Of a DNA stretch of 64,000 nucleotides, positions 1 through 20,670 are shown piece after piece. Source of the stretch: the human T2T-CHM13v2.0 reference genome, Homo sapiens; the NCBI RefSeq assembly GCF_009914755.1, contig NC_060941.1; one strand, 5' to 3'. The notes under the pieces are model-generated. The model ran no database searches. It worked only from the letters and a program-made list of their open reading frames with translations, and had not been told where the DNA came from. Numbering within the stretch: the first letter of the stretch is position 1; each line of letters starts with the position of its first letter. Both the position numbers and the translations under genes were made by a program.

Positions 1-445
<445 letters not shown>

Positions 446-1346
446 AAAGGGAATTTTTGTAGTGGTCCCCAGTACAGGGCCAGCATTTCCTATTTCTGTA
501 ACATACAGCCCTATAATCTTTGCAAAGCTGAAGTACACTTGAAATAGGCAAACAGAAGACACCTTTAAACAAATAAGACCCCCCCAAAACCCTTCAAATA
601 TGTATATGTACACAAAATATTCAAATAATTAAAAATTCACAACCCCTATGGAATGCTAACTAGTAGCCACAGGAAAAATAAAGCATGGAAAATATCCTCA
701 TATATCCAGTACCTCTTCTATCTCAAGCATGTCCAGACAAAAATTAAATTACACACTAAGCCATAAAAATTTTAAAGGCAAAACATCCCACCAAAAAAAG
801 AAAAGTGCTTATTAATGGCCATTCAAGCAGTGGGGTGAAGCGGGCTGACACAATGCACAGTATGGAAATAAGTAACCTTGGCTACAGTTTCCAAGGACAC
901 GGGGCTCCTGGCTGACAAGAAGAGCTGAGGTGAAGCTGAATGCAGCGTTGAGCCATTTTAATAAACGTTTATAAAGAAAAGCAGCGCAACCGTGTCCCAC
1001 ACTCCTTGGATCCCTATTGGTGGCATCTAATTAAACATTTCAAGTATTCAAGAGATATGAAAGGTAGTGAATACTTTTCATAGCAAAGGCTTTTTTTCTG
1101 TTGACATCTGCTGAATTTTCCTGTGGCACCTCCCAAGGAGTGACTAAGCCTACCATCCTTGGTAAGGAAAATGGGGATTATACTAAGGAATTTTATCTGA
1201 GGCATTCTGGAATTTCTCAGGAATAGAAACCAGCCCAGCTACCAAGTGAGCTTTTTAAAATGTTGATACTGGGCCACTGTGACATGACAGGCATCTATAT
1301 AGCATTTCAAAAAAATGCTTCAGCAATACAAATTCAAACTGGGAAA

Positions 1347-1570
1347 CTTTTTTTTTTTTTTTTTTTAAGAGACAGTGTCTCGCTCTGTCATCACCTATGC
1401 TGTCACGTGCAGCCTCAAACTCCTGGACTTGTGATCTCCCGCCTCAGCTTACCTAGTAGCTGGGACCACGAATGTCCACAGATGCACTCCACCTACCCGG
1501 CTAATTATTTTTTGTATAATTAGCTGGGGTCTTTACCATCATGCCCAGGGCTGGTCTCTAACTCCTGGGA
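1347..1570 (-). mobile_element. Partial, diverged Alu (AluJ-like) in the 3' UTR
   Basis: Poly-T followed by gagacagtgtctcgctctgtc. Confidence 0.85.
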
Positions 1571-1624
1571 AACATTCTTATTGCAAAGGTAGATTCTGCT
1601 GTCATGGTTCTGTTATGAAATTTA

Positions 1625-1912
<288 letters not shown>

Positions 1913-3557
1913 AAGAATTTTTAAGGCCAATTAGCAGCCTGCTTGCATTCCAGCTCCATGTGGAAGTGGTGCTGTCCAGGATGGAAGCGCCGAGGCCTCA
2001 GGAAAAGCCTGCCAAAAGCTGTCCCACTTGTGTTGTTAGAAACACCCCACTAGCCTTGTGGTGGGCAAAAGCTCCAAAGGTGCCCATTCAGAGTGAGCTG
2101 CCTCAGTCAGGAATGGCCAGAGACGGTATCATCGGGAGCGAGTGAGAAAAGCCTTTCTCTCCTCGGTGCCTCTCTGTGCATTCGGGCACGCAGAAGGTCA
2201 AGCAGAAGCCTCAGCAACAGCTGTTTAATGAAAATGTTCCACACCTTTCTTGGAGAACATGGAAAAGCTGTAAGATGGAGCAAGACAGAATTTGTCCTGA
2301 GAGGGGAAAATAAATTATGTAAAAGCAGCAATTATATAGACAAGACCAACTTTTTCAGTTTAAAAATAAAAGTCTAGGTCAGAGGGTCTAAACCACACAA
2401 AGTAAAGCACACGAGATTGAAAAATCTCTTCATAAAGCGCATAATCAACAATTCAGAGAGACGTGTGCCCTAGATTGGTAGTTCTTCCCAGGAATAACAC
2501 AGCTCTTAGCCACTTGGGTTTTTCCCCTAATTTTATGCATTCACATTAAATGGCAAAGACAATTCCCTACTCCAGGAAGCATGAGCCTTTTCTATCTAAA
2601 ATTCAGTACTGTTTCTGGACAATTTTCTTCTACTTCTTCTAAGTCATGTATCTATCCCATAAATATACATCTTGATACTTTACACTAGGCCGAGAGCTCC
2701 ACATTTTCACCCTGAATTAATTTTCAGGTTTTTCTCACAGATACTGCAAAGTCAGGCAGTGTTGGTCCCTATGCAGTCATCTTTGGAAATTTGGAGAGAG
2801 GCCACTGCAAAGAGATTTCATTCCACTGCCTTTCCAAATCTTGTCTGAGAAAACTCCATGGTCACAGTCTTTGCATGCGGCAGAACAGGTTTGCAGCGAA
2901 GGCTCCCGGGGGGAAGGATATTATCCTAATACACAGGATTTGGGCCTCTGTCAAAATGAGCATTCTTCACGGCTGCAGAGTGCCCAGGCATGTTTTGGGA
3001 AAAAGTCTTGAGAGTGGACAGAAGTGAAGGGAAGGAGTAGAGAACTGGTTCAGTTGTGACAACCAAGTGGGTAAAATCTGCCCTCACCTGCCTGCTACTG
3101 TCCAGGGGAGATGGGCAGAATCTTCTCCATAAAAAGCAGAACATCAGTTTAATCGCAATTTCCTCTTTTTATTCATTTCAGACATTAACAAACTAAATGC
3201 AGATAAATGTATTCTACTTCACAGGACAGTAAGTGTCCTAGATAAAAACAAGCACTGGCTCCAAGCAGTCGCCCATTCTAGTCCCGCAACGGTAATCTAT
3301 TTTTCTTCAAATGTCAGTTCTTCACAGTTTCAATACTGCAGCAGCAAGTTCTTCCTTAGATCAAGAAAGCCGTGGTCCGTATTTCAGAAAATCTTAAGTA
3401 GAGATAAGTGAGCAAGCTTCTGGTGCCACGTGCAGTTTGGGTGGGACAATTTTACCTGAAGTCCTGCAGACTGGCCGTGGGGATGACGGGGGCCCCGTCC
3501 CTTGCGGTGTTCTTCATATCGATTCAGGGAAGCGAACTGTGCAGTGCTCGCATTCTA

Positions 3558-3563
3558 TTTATT
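3558..3563 (-). promoter_or_regulatory. Candidate proximal polyadenylation signal AATAAA
   Basis: TTTATT on the plus strand, about 65 nt past the stop. Confidence 0.4.
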
Positions 3564-3626
3564 GGTCCCTGTCACCCCGTGGGGTGTCACAGAAAAAAAA
3601 AAGTCAATGCTTCACAGAGGAGTTGT

Positions 3627-3758
3627 TCAGAGCAGGTCAGGCAGGACGAGGCCAGGAGGCTTTGGTTCGACACAGTTGATCCAGAAGTTGGCACAGCTGG
3701 CGTGATACTGGTGCCCTCCATAGGCCAGCTTGAAACTGTCTGTTTCTGAGTTGAATGC
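3627..3758 (-). CDS. SYNRG: SYNRG last coding exon (AFNSETDSF...YHASCANFWINCV...LPDLL*)
   Basis: gcag|GCATTC acceptor; TGA at 3627-3629; ORF 3627..3914. Confidence 0.97.
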   Translation of the reverse strand, partial: AFNSETDSFKLAYGGHQYHASCANFWINCVEPKPPGLVLPDLL

Positions 3759-4196
3759 CTGCCAGAAATAAACAGAGATGTGGGGCAAGTCAGGCTTTTT
3801 CTGCATCTCAGAGCTTTTCAGCAACCAACATGTACATCTATCTCTCCAGGTCACAGAGGCTGAGGCCAAAATGGCACACACATAAAAGCTGAGCGGATAG
3901 CTACAGGAATTCAAGAGAGAAGGTTTTTTACTGCTAATTAAAGGTATAAAATTGTTACCACTAAACCTAGTTTCAGCAAAAGGTGGCCAAATCTTCCATG
4001 GAAAAGGCAGACAGAGGTTATGGGGTGGAGGGGGGGAATCATGATAAGGGGAACTGAAGTAGCCAAGGGCTGTGGATAGCTTTCATCCCTCACTGTGCTG
4101 AAGGAAGCCCTCCTCCTAAGGCCGGCATCTGACTACAGCATGCAATCCTTTACACTCCTGTAGCTGACCACAAGCCTATCATGACAAAAAATTACA

Positions 4197-4245
4197 AGAG
4201 AGTTAGAGAACGAGAGAGTTAGAAAACGAGAGAGTTAGAGAACGA
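4197..4245. repeat. 16-bp tandem repeat, about 3 copies (agagttagagaacgag)
   Basis: Visible directly in the sequence. Confidence 0.85.
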
Positions 4246-4865
4246 CAGATAACAACTCTTAGGGTCTAATGGCATTGACCCTAATGCCTAATGAATCTAC
4301 ATTATCAAAAAGTCCAAACAGGTATGGAGTTAAAAAAAAATGCCTCAAAATGAATGGGCATTAAACACATAAGAATTATTTCCAGATGAACAGGCTTATC
4401 AGTAAGCTACAGTCAGCCATGGAAAAGTAGAGTCCAAACCTCAACCACTTCCTGGGGTTAGTTTTCTAATATGCACTGCAAATAAACAAAACTCTAAAAC
4501 CCAATTTGCTGCTTGTCTGTTAAAATGGCTAAATGGCTACATCCTGAAGCTCTTTGATCTCCATCTGTGTGTCACTACAACTTCCAGGCTTCCAGAAGTT
4601 GCTCATTCTGTCACCCCATTCATCACAGAGAAAAATAACTGCAACACCAGAAGCCAATTATGTGAAACAAGCATGCAAATAAGACAGAAGTGGACCCACA
4701 CAGACACATTAGGAGACTCCATCAAACATTATGGGAACAAAACTGACTCAGTGAAGGATTCATGATTGGAACAGTTCAGGATGGCAATGGATAGAATCAT
4801 CCAATTTGCCCTCCACACTCAAAATTAAAATGGAGACGCTAAGATAAGGTGTAACTGGTTCATAC

Positions 4866-4901
4866 TTTTTTAGGATGTTCTTCTGCAGGCTTCTCTTCTT
4901 T
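4866..4901 (-). CDS. SYNRG: SYNRG 36-nt cassette exon (KEEKPAEEHPKK), phase 0-0
   Basis: ttcag|AAAGAA acceptor, AAA|gtatga donor; matches the recalled protein. Confidence 0.9.
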
Positions 4902-5224
4902 CTGAAATAACGTTGAAACCACAGGTCAACAACATTCCCAGAACAGGGCCTCTTGCCTCCAAACACATCTTTACAGGTTCACCCTTTTCCCCTGACCTCC
5001 CCACTATGCACAGGGTGCTGCAGGCATGAGAGCCGCGTCCATTCCCTCCACAGCTCCCCCGCTGCCCTCTCGAGGGAATGTGTCTGCTCCTACCATCAGC
5101 TTTTAGGACTTGAGAAAATCCCCACCTCTGGTCACAAACTCTGCAGTAAAGTGGGCCAGATGAGGTTGTCCAGAGTCATGTTAGGGAAGCCCTTTGCTGT
5201 CTGCAAGGAGGCTGCGTGACTTAC

Positions 5225-5335
5225 CCGGCTCCTCGAGTCCACATTCAAGAGGCACACTCCACAGGCAAGCTCCTGAGCATTTTTAATCCCAGGCCGTAAC
5301 ATACAGGAGGAAAAATCCAGCGAGTTTTCATCTGG
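5225..5335 (-). CDS. SYNRG: SYNRG exon, 111 nt (PDENSLDF...ACGVCLLNVDSRSR)
   Basis: acag|CCAGAT acceptor, CGG|gtaagt donor; ORF 5132..5380. Confidence 0.96.
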
Positions 5336-5686
5336 CTGTGAGGACGACAAGACAAATGGGTAAGAAGTCCACAAGTCCACACGCTGTTCACTTCACTCCC
5401 TCATCACTCACCCCCAGCAGGCCTAGCGGCAAGTACAGTACTCTAACACCACCACTACAAGAATTAACCTCCCACACATCCACTGGGAACCTGCCACGGT
5501 TCCAGGTGCTAGGAAGGCCGGCACCAGTACAACACGCCCTCTGACCTCTGAGAACTCAGTCTCAGGTGGGCGCCAGGGGAGCCCGTGCAGTGCCATGAGT
5601 GCTGGGTGTGCTTACTTGGGGGAAGTCCTGAGTGCCAGGGCACAAGGGAGCGGCACTTAGCCCAACTCGAGGAGGATGGGGCCTGA

Positions 5687-8155
<2,469 letters not shown>

Positions 8156-10227
8156 TTCATTTAATTTTTAGTAATAACGGTGTTTAACAACTGGCTCATA
8201 AAATTCCTGAACATTTAACAATCCACTCTTGCAAGCCAGTAAGAACTGGATTTAACACACTAGTGCGACAGAATGGAATCTCAGGTGGGAGCCTAGAAGT
8301 TGAGGAGTTCCTCTCAGAGGGCTCATCCTCACTCTAATGCAGGAGGTGAGATCATCAGCTGTGTCTGAAATAGCAGTAGCCTTGTGAGCTCCAAGCAGCA
8401 AACTCTGGAGGTGTGATTGTCTCCACCAGCACACAGTGGGTCAAGGTGGGGGGAGAAGGTGGATGGCTGCACTGATTCCAGTTGGGTTTGGTCTAATGAG
8501 TATGACTGAAGGGAGTGAGGAGGGATGCCCCATGCACTGTGGAGAGTAAGGAGGTGAGAAAAGAAGTGAAGACAGAAGAGGGCTGACAGGAACACAGTAA
8601 AAGAGACAACATCCTGTCTTGAGAACCAAAAACAAGAGCAGTGCCAGTGAAGAGTGAGACAACGGGAGGGTCGCCAATCTGGACTCAGGAAGTTTGATGT
8701 CGGGGCTCGAGACTGCACAGGCGCTGCACAATGTTTGCTAACACAGCCCATCGTGGTGATGCCAGTGGGTGGCTGAAGTGCAGGGGAAGCGAGGGCTCTG
8801 TGGGCCAGGCAGTCAAGCATCTGGGAGCCTGGCATGGCAGTTGGTTTGTCTTCATGGATACTGAGGTGACCCAGGATGATGGCAAATTCCTGCCAAATTA
8901 ACAGCTACATTTCCCATAGTTCTTCCAGTCTGAACCACTGAGGAGTTTCCACGTCGTTTTTGAGCAACAAAGCAAAATTATATGATCTGTATTTTTCCTC
9001 ACCAGGAAAAAAAAAGATTTCTCCTTATAAAAATGTGTAGATTATGTATGATGTTCCCTGTTCCTTTCTAATTTGAAATAATAAACCATGAACTAGCTCC
9101 ACAAATCTTTCTTAAACACATTTGAGCTAGATCCACTGAGATCACAGCAGGGGAAGGAAGAACACACGGTTTTCAAAGAAGAAAAGGTGAGGTGTATGTT
9201 TCAACTGTGTGCAAAAGGACTCTGGTGTAGGTGATCAAAGTAAACTTACATGGCCTTAGCCAAGTCATAGGATATTTTTTCTTTTCTCTCTTTTCTTTTG
9301 TAGTGCAACCGTGGTCACTCTGGTCAAATGTGGAAGACGCTGGTGCTAACGCTTGTTCTGCAGTCAGTCATCTGTAAAATGGTAACTATTTCACTTGCCC
9401 TACACCTCTCTCCCATTTCTATATATCTCAGATGGACATAAAACATGCTCTGGAAGTGAAAAGTAGTCTATATGATGATCACAATTATTCACTTTGACGA
9501 ACTCTTAGCAAGCTTTTAAAAGAGGTTAAAACATAGTATCATCTCTGTAATCCACATTACAGATAGTCATCATGTTACTGAATCAGGGCTATTTGAGAAA
9601 TAATTAGAATCTGGGAAAACTCTGAATCCTGAAATCAATCAAATTAATAGAAGCCCCTTAATATCTGTTTACCAAAGGCATAAGGAAAGCAAATGAAAAG
9701 ATCATACTGTAATCGCCAATGAAAACCATAAGGCTCTGCATAAATGACCCTGTGATCAAATTACTCTTTCAGCTGACAAAATTAACCTTCTTAAGTACAC
9801 ATGTATAAACAGGGTGTTTATTGTAGTGTAATATTAACAGTTTGGCACCAATCATATAAGATAACAGTTTGGCTGTCATCATATAAGAAGGTATGCCCTC
9901 TACAAGTCACCTTAAATTGATCATCTCCTTATTTGGCAAGTATTTCATGCATTTAGTTAAGATTTAAAAAAATATATACATATTATATATGGCCTACTGA
10001 CACTGATAAGTCCCAATGTCAGACTGAGATATATAATCCTGAATCTTTAGCCTACAATAAACTGCTACAATGGTGTCCAGGAAGATCCTTATTAAGGAAG
10101 AAGAGTTTGGTAGTAATTAGTGTTCTTCACCAATAATCTTTCTCCTTTTTATGGAATGGTAGGATGGGCCTTCCCTGCCCCTTTTTCAATCAGGCATTGG
10201 CCTGTAACTTGCCACAGTCAATAACTA

Positions 10228-11098
<871 letters not shown>

Positions 11099-11166
11099 AA
11101 GGGTGATCTAGACACAGGTTCCATAGGCAATTATAAAGTTTTGGTATTTGCTTGGTTACAATGTCT

Positions 11167-11628
11167 TGTATAATCTTTCCTATTGCTGCTGTAACAAAGC
11201 ACAAACTTAATGGCTTAAAACAACATAAATGTATCCTCTTACAGTTGTGGATTTCAGAAGTCTAAAATGGGTGAGAAGGACTGCATTCCTTCTAGGAGTT
11301 CTAGGGGAAAATCTGTTTCCTTGCCTTTTCTAGCTTCTAGGGACGACCTCTACATTCCCTGACTTGTGGTCCCATCTTCAAAGCCAGCAGGTAGCATCTG
11401 CCACTCTCTTCTTCTCTCTGCTTCTGTTGTCACATCACTTTTTCTCACTCTTCCCCTCCTACCTTCCCCTTCTAAGGATCCATGTGATGACATTGGGGTC
11501 ACCTGGATAATCCAGGATACCTTCCCCAAAGAAAGGCCTTTAACTTAATCCCATTTGCAAAGGTAACATATTGACAAGTTCCCAGGACATGGGTAGCTTT
11601 GAGGGGGCCATCATTCTGTCTACCACAG
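11167..11628 (-). mobile_element. MLT1C/D-like MaLR solo LTR
   Basis: ctattgctgctgtaacaaa...ggccatcattctgtctaccaca termini. Confidence 0.8.
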
Positions 11629-12208
11629 CTGCCTTCTGTCAACTGAGGACAGCCATGCAGAGACATAGTAAAGATCCTGTCTCTAAAACATTGTGCAGAC
11701 TGGCAAGATGACAAAAATGCTATCACCATTGAAAATAAACTGTTCTCCTGATATGTCACAGCAATAGGAAATAAGGACTCTGAAATTCACTGGTCAATTT
11801 CACATTGAAAGGAAGTAGTAAAGAATTCATATTTCACTGAGGTGAACAGTGGAATCAGAGAGCCTGTATGATTGCCAGTTGACTAAAATTCAGGCGAATA
11901 ACAACCTTTTCTCTTCTCTTAGATTTTATATGGCAAAAATCGATTAATTTTCCAGGACAGAATTCTCTGTTTGTTCCAAACCTACTGAACTTCAACCCAC
12001 TTCACAAGATAAAACCTTAGATGACAAGTCACTTGGGAGCCAATCTCAGAGTGCATCACATCTCACTAAACCAGGTGAGTTTCACCTCTTGAGAAAGAAG
12101 CAGGCCTTCAGTCTGTGCCTGGAGGAGACATGCTTCTACCACAAGAGGGAGTCTTAGTCCATGGATAAAGAGTATCAAAGAGAAAGAGAGCATAAAGCTT
12201 TGCCAGTA

Positions 12209-12537
12209 CAGTCAGCCCTCGGTATCCATGGGTTCCACATCTGTGGGTTCAACCAACCTCAGATCAAAAATATTCGGAGGAAAAAATAGAAAAAAACAAA
12301 AATGATACAAATAAAAAAATCCAATACATATAATAACTATTTACGCAGCATTTACATTGTATTAGGTGTTATAAGTAATCTAGAGATTCTTTAAAATACA
12401 CAGGAGGATGTGCATAGGTTATATGCAAATCCTATGCCATTTCTTATCAGGAACTCGAACGTCTGCAGATTTTTATATCCAGAAATGGGGGATGTCCTGG
12501 AACCAATTCCCCCCCCATGGACAGGGGAATGACTGTG
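12209..12537. mobile_element. MER2 (TcMar-Tigger) MITE
   Basis: cagtcagccctcggtatccatggg...gactg terminal repeats and typical internal sequence. Confidence 0.75.
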
Positions 12538-12769
12538 TCATTTCCAGCTTAAATAAACATCAAGGAGCCACAATTTGGAGTTTAAGACGGTGTACCCTGC
12601 CTTCCTTAGCCCAAGCATGACTACTGTGATGCCGCACTACATTCTGTGACTTTCACTGGAGAAAGTGATGCAGCTGTCTTCCGATAGGAACAGCCTCACA
12701 GAGTCTTCATGGGAAGAAATAAGTCATTTTCAGTAACTTAAAAGCTGGAAGTAACATAGAGTAGGAAGA

Positions 12770-13150
12770 AGAATGGACTCTGAAATGATACAGATTCAAA
12801 TCACAGACTTGTCAGTTTCAGTCAAGTTTCATCTTCTCAAAGCCCTAATTTCTTCACCTGTAAAACTGAAAATTATACATCTAGAATATAATCTAGCTTC
12901 TAGAGATGGCCTCTGCACTTCTTGGCTCGTGGTCCTATCTCAAAGCCAGCAGGTAGCATCTGCCACTCTCTTCTTCTGTCTACTTCTGTTGTCACATCAC
13001 TTTCTCCCACTCTTCCCCTCCTACCTTCCCCTTATAAGGACTCATCATGTGATTACATGGGGTTACCAGGATTAAATTAGAATGAATGTAAAGCATATAG
13101 CACAAGGATCGGCAGGCCCTAGGTGCAAAATATTAATAAATGGTAACCAG
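12770..13150. mobile_element. MIR interrupted by a copied MLT1 segment (12892-13067)
   Basis: MIR core (cttcacctgtaaaa ... aggattaaattagaatgaatgtaaagc) split by the insert. Confidence 0.65.
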
Positions 13151-15656
13151 TAGTAGTAGTAATAATAGTAATAGTAATAGTAGTAGTATGGAATCAAAGG
13201 GCCTCACTGTGGCAATATAGTTCATTTAGGAAGTCATTTACCTGAAATGAAGCAATAGTGTTAAGCATTAAAAGCTTCCCATAAAACCTCAATCATGCCT
13301 CTTTCTAATAATGATTTCTCCACTTTGAGCGTCTAATCCAGAGTCCTGGAAGTTTGTATAGTTTTGTTACAAATGATTTGAACTACATAGATGTTGGTTT
13401 ATGTCATTTACATTTATGCAGCTATTCTTATCAGTTCTGCTAGAGTAAAGGCTTCTTCATGACAAGTAACACCTTACACTATTTCTGTGGAATGTGTGCT
13501 ATTCCTCATGTAGTGGGCAACTCAAGTTTCACAGACAGAGGACACACCTAGCAGTTATCAAGGGTACAATGACATGGTATAATCTGGGCAAAGAATGATT
13601 GTTGTTCTGTCATGGCTAACCTAGTGAAAAAAGCAATTATAACGGAAAGCACATGGGTAATTAGAGAAATGAATACTCTGGTGTTCAGGTTCAATTTACA
13701 ATACATTCCTGTGTTGTCAAGTTGGAAGATTAATTCATCTCTATAACCTTACCTGGTGTCTTGAAAAACAAAAGTTAGGTAAAACCACTCTTTAGCATCT
13801 AGACACTGATGCTAGAAAAGGATGCTTGGAATGGGAGTCTGAGGGAAGGGCATAAATGCCCAGCCCTTTTCTCCATTTACCTCATATTTGTTTACACTAA
13901 AGGAGTAAGCGCCACCGTATGTGAACAGGGCAACGCTCCAGGTTAGATGGGCCCCAAACCCAATAGGCTTTCTTCAAAATAACAAAATCAAATTCCAAGG
14001 TCTCTTTAAAAAGGTCTGGATAAAACTGATCCTTGGTATAAAAAAACAATCACACCAGGGATTATATCTGAGTAGGGTGATGATTGGGAAGGTGCATAAG
14101 AAAACTTCTGGAATGATGGAGTAGTCTATATCTTGATAGAGGCATGGGTTATATGAGGGTATGCATTTTTCAAAACTCATTGAGTGGTACAACCAAGATT
14201 TTCGCATTTTATTGTACATGTATATATATTTTACAAAAAAAAAAGAAAAGAAAAGGTGTGGAGGGGTGTTCAGAGTCTAGAAGGTGCAGCTGTAGCAAGC
14301 TTGTAGCCACAGGAGCTTGGGAAAAGGTACAAAAATGAAACTGGCTTGCACTTCACCTGGTGAGAGGAGCTACCTCAAGAAGTAAACGCACAGCAGCAAC
14401 CCAGGAATCTCCCCACTTATCCTTTCCCCCAAATTCACAAGCTTGGCAAGTACGCCTGGTCTCTGTGATACCTTTTCTTCTAAGAGCTCATGGTAAGGAG
14501 AGAGATGCTTTGTAATCACAGTCATCTTTTCCCAGCAGCACTAGGAGAGAAGAGATGGGTGGCTGATTTGGGGGTTGTATAGAAATCTAGTTTTCAAGTG
14601 TTAACTGCAGTAAGAACCGATTGCCACCCAAACAAAGAACCTTAAAATCTAAATGTAAAGAAGGAGGCTTTTAAGTTACTCTACAGTCCTGGTATATATA
14701 TGTACAAGAGCAATGTGCAGAAAAGAACTCGACTGTTTATAACAAGTTGCTGCCAGAAAAGACTCCTGGTGTTTGAACTCATTAACCTTGATGCCAAAAT
14801 CGACCCACTCCCCCCGACAAAAACTTTAGTACCTGTCTGGTTTTACCCACCCAACCTGTCCCTCTGAAGGAGGCCACAAGGAACAGAGGTTGAGAAAGTT
14901 GACTTCTGACTTTCAGAATAAACCCAGGCCTCACCAGTATCTCTGTGCTTCAGTTTCTTCATCTGTAAACGGGGAGAACAGAAGTATCTACTCCTATGAT
15001 GATATTCAGGCTTAATCTGCTCCATATTAGGACAAGGTCAGGAAGCAGCAGGTGGGTGAATTAGGAAAGACACAGACACATACTGATCTCCAGGTTCACA
15101 AATGGTGACACATCCTTCTCTACCCCACAGCTTCACAGGCACCCTCGGCACATATCACTAGCGAATCAATTTCATTAGTAGCTGGAGCTCAGGAAGTAAA
15201 TGCAGAGTTTAATGCATTTCTCTGATCCAGAGGATAATGAACTGAATTCCAGAAGCTCAAAGAAAATTGGAGGACTGCAGTAAACACGTGCTTTTTCTCC
15301 CAAGTTCCTTGGATTAGTCATCATAACAGTTAACCAATCCATTAAGGACAGAACTGGAAGACTCTCATTCAGACCCCAAGAATTCTGCCTCTCTGAATGT
15401 AAATAGAGAAATAGAGGATAAGTAGTAAACTACCCCCATTCCTTCTCCCCAGCTTCTGTTCGCAATATTCTGATTCAGCTGCCTTTTAGGGGCAGTGATG
15501 TGTGGTACTATAGTCCTCCTTAGTCAGGTGGACTGTCAGGACAAAAAATGTCTGGTAGCTTGGGCATGATTCTCCTCTGCTTCAGGAAAGGATGACGGCA
15601 GGGTAAAGATGTCAGGTTGCCATGCAGATTTACTGCAATTAAAGTCCCTAAAGTAG

Positions 15657-19217
<3,561 letters not shown>

Positions 19218-20670
19218 GCTTGAATTTAGATTTTTAAAAGAATTTCATTATCACCAAGTAAACATAATTTTATCTCTTTTTTCAAATATTAATACTCCAT
19301 TTCTTATTTCACTTGCCAGAACAGTATTTTTTTTTTTAATTATCTACATACAATTTTAGGTTAGAAAATGAGAAGTGATTCAAGGGAACAAGAAAAAGTT
19401 TTGGAAATTACTTAAACTCTTAAAGACTTTAATATTACAAACCAGAAGCAACATGACAATGGTGAGAGGATGTGCTGCTGAAGACATGTAGTTGGGGTAG
19501 CTGGGTATCCACCTGGCTATCAGTTCAGAAAATTAGAACTGCTTCCTCCCACACAGCTGCAATCCCATTCAGATGGGTCGCAGAGTTCCATGTTAAAAAA
19601 AAAATTGGAATAGCATATTTATTCCAGCTGTGGAAGGAAGATAAACTTCTGACTATTGTGAAATAAAGGATATCATCAGAGACAAATTGAATAGGTATGA
19701 ATATATAAAAATAAAATAGTTTTGCCCAATGAAATGTAAAAAAGGGACAGTAATAGAGGAGGAAAATAGCTGATAAACGTTTACAAGCTTATATATATGT
19801 ATATAAATCTATTACAAATATGAAATATATAAGGTCAATAACCATATTCCAAGGAATAAATGGTCAAATGGTCAGAAGAGTCCAATCCGTTTATACACAA
19901 AGGAAACAGAAATAGTAAATTGTCATTTGGAACACTGCAAAGCCTCTCATGAAATTAAAAAAAAAAATGTAAAAAATACCTTAGGGAATAATTGCATGCT
20001 TGTTAAATTAAGAAATTGATAGGACATAATGTAGAGAAATGTATCCATGTACTTACATATTTCTGGTAGCATTGCAACCAATATAAGCTATTTGGAAAGC
20101 CTTCTAATAAATGTAACAACAGCTACATACGCATGCATGCACCTGTGCAGACACACACACTGACCTCCTAGTTCACTTGGAGGAAATACATCCCCACAAA
20201 GGAACAGTGATTTGTCTATTCAGAGAACTACTCGTAACAGGGAAAAATGAAAATGACCCAAGAACCTAAAAAAAGAAGGGCTAAACAAACTACAGGATGG
20301 CAACATGAGGTATCATATAGCTTTTTGAAAGGACACGTATGGGGACATAAATAACTAGAAGTGCAAAGGGAGTATCTCAAACCACTGCTTTGCAAAACTT
20401 CCGTGTATTATGTGAATTAAGAAAGGTGTAGCCAGAGTGAATGTTTTCCTGTACTGGTTTTTTCCTTAGGTTCACTGGGCCTTAGAGAGATCAGAAGCCC
20501 ACCTGGTACTGTTCAACTGACCACACACCTGTGATCTCCCTCCTTTAATATAACATGCTCCAGTTGGCACCTCCAGCCTCTAATAAGTACCATCATAGGA
20601 ATATACACTCTGCTTTACAACTTAGGTTTCTGGAAAGGAAAGCAACTGCTGAGTTGTCTCATGGGCTTAC

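Noticed and set aside
8252-8885. Minus-strand ORFs of up to 168 aa
   Set aside because: Intronic, degenerate repeat-like sequence with no recognisable domain or splice structure
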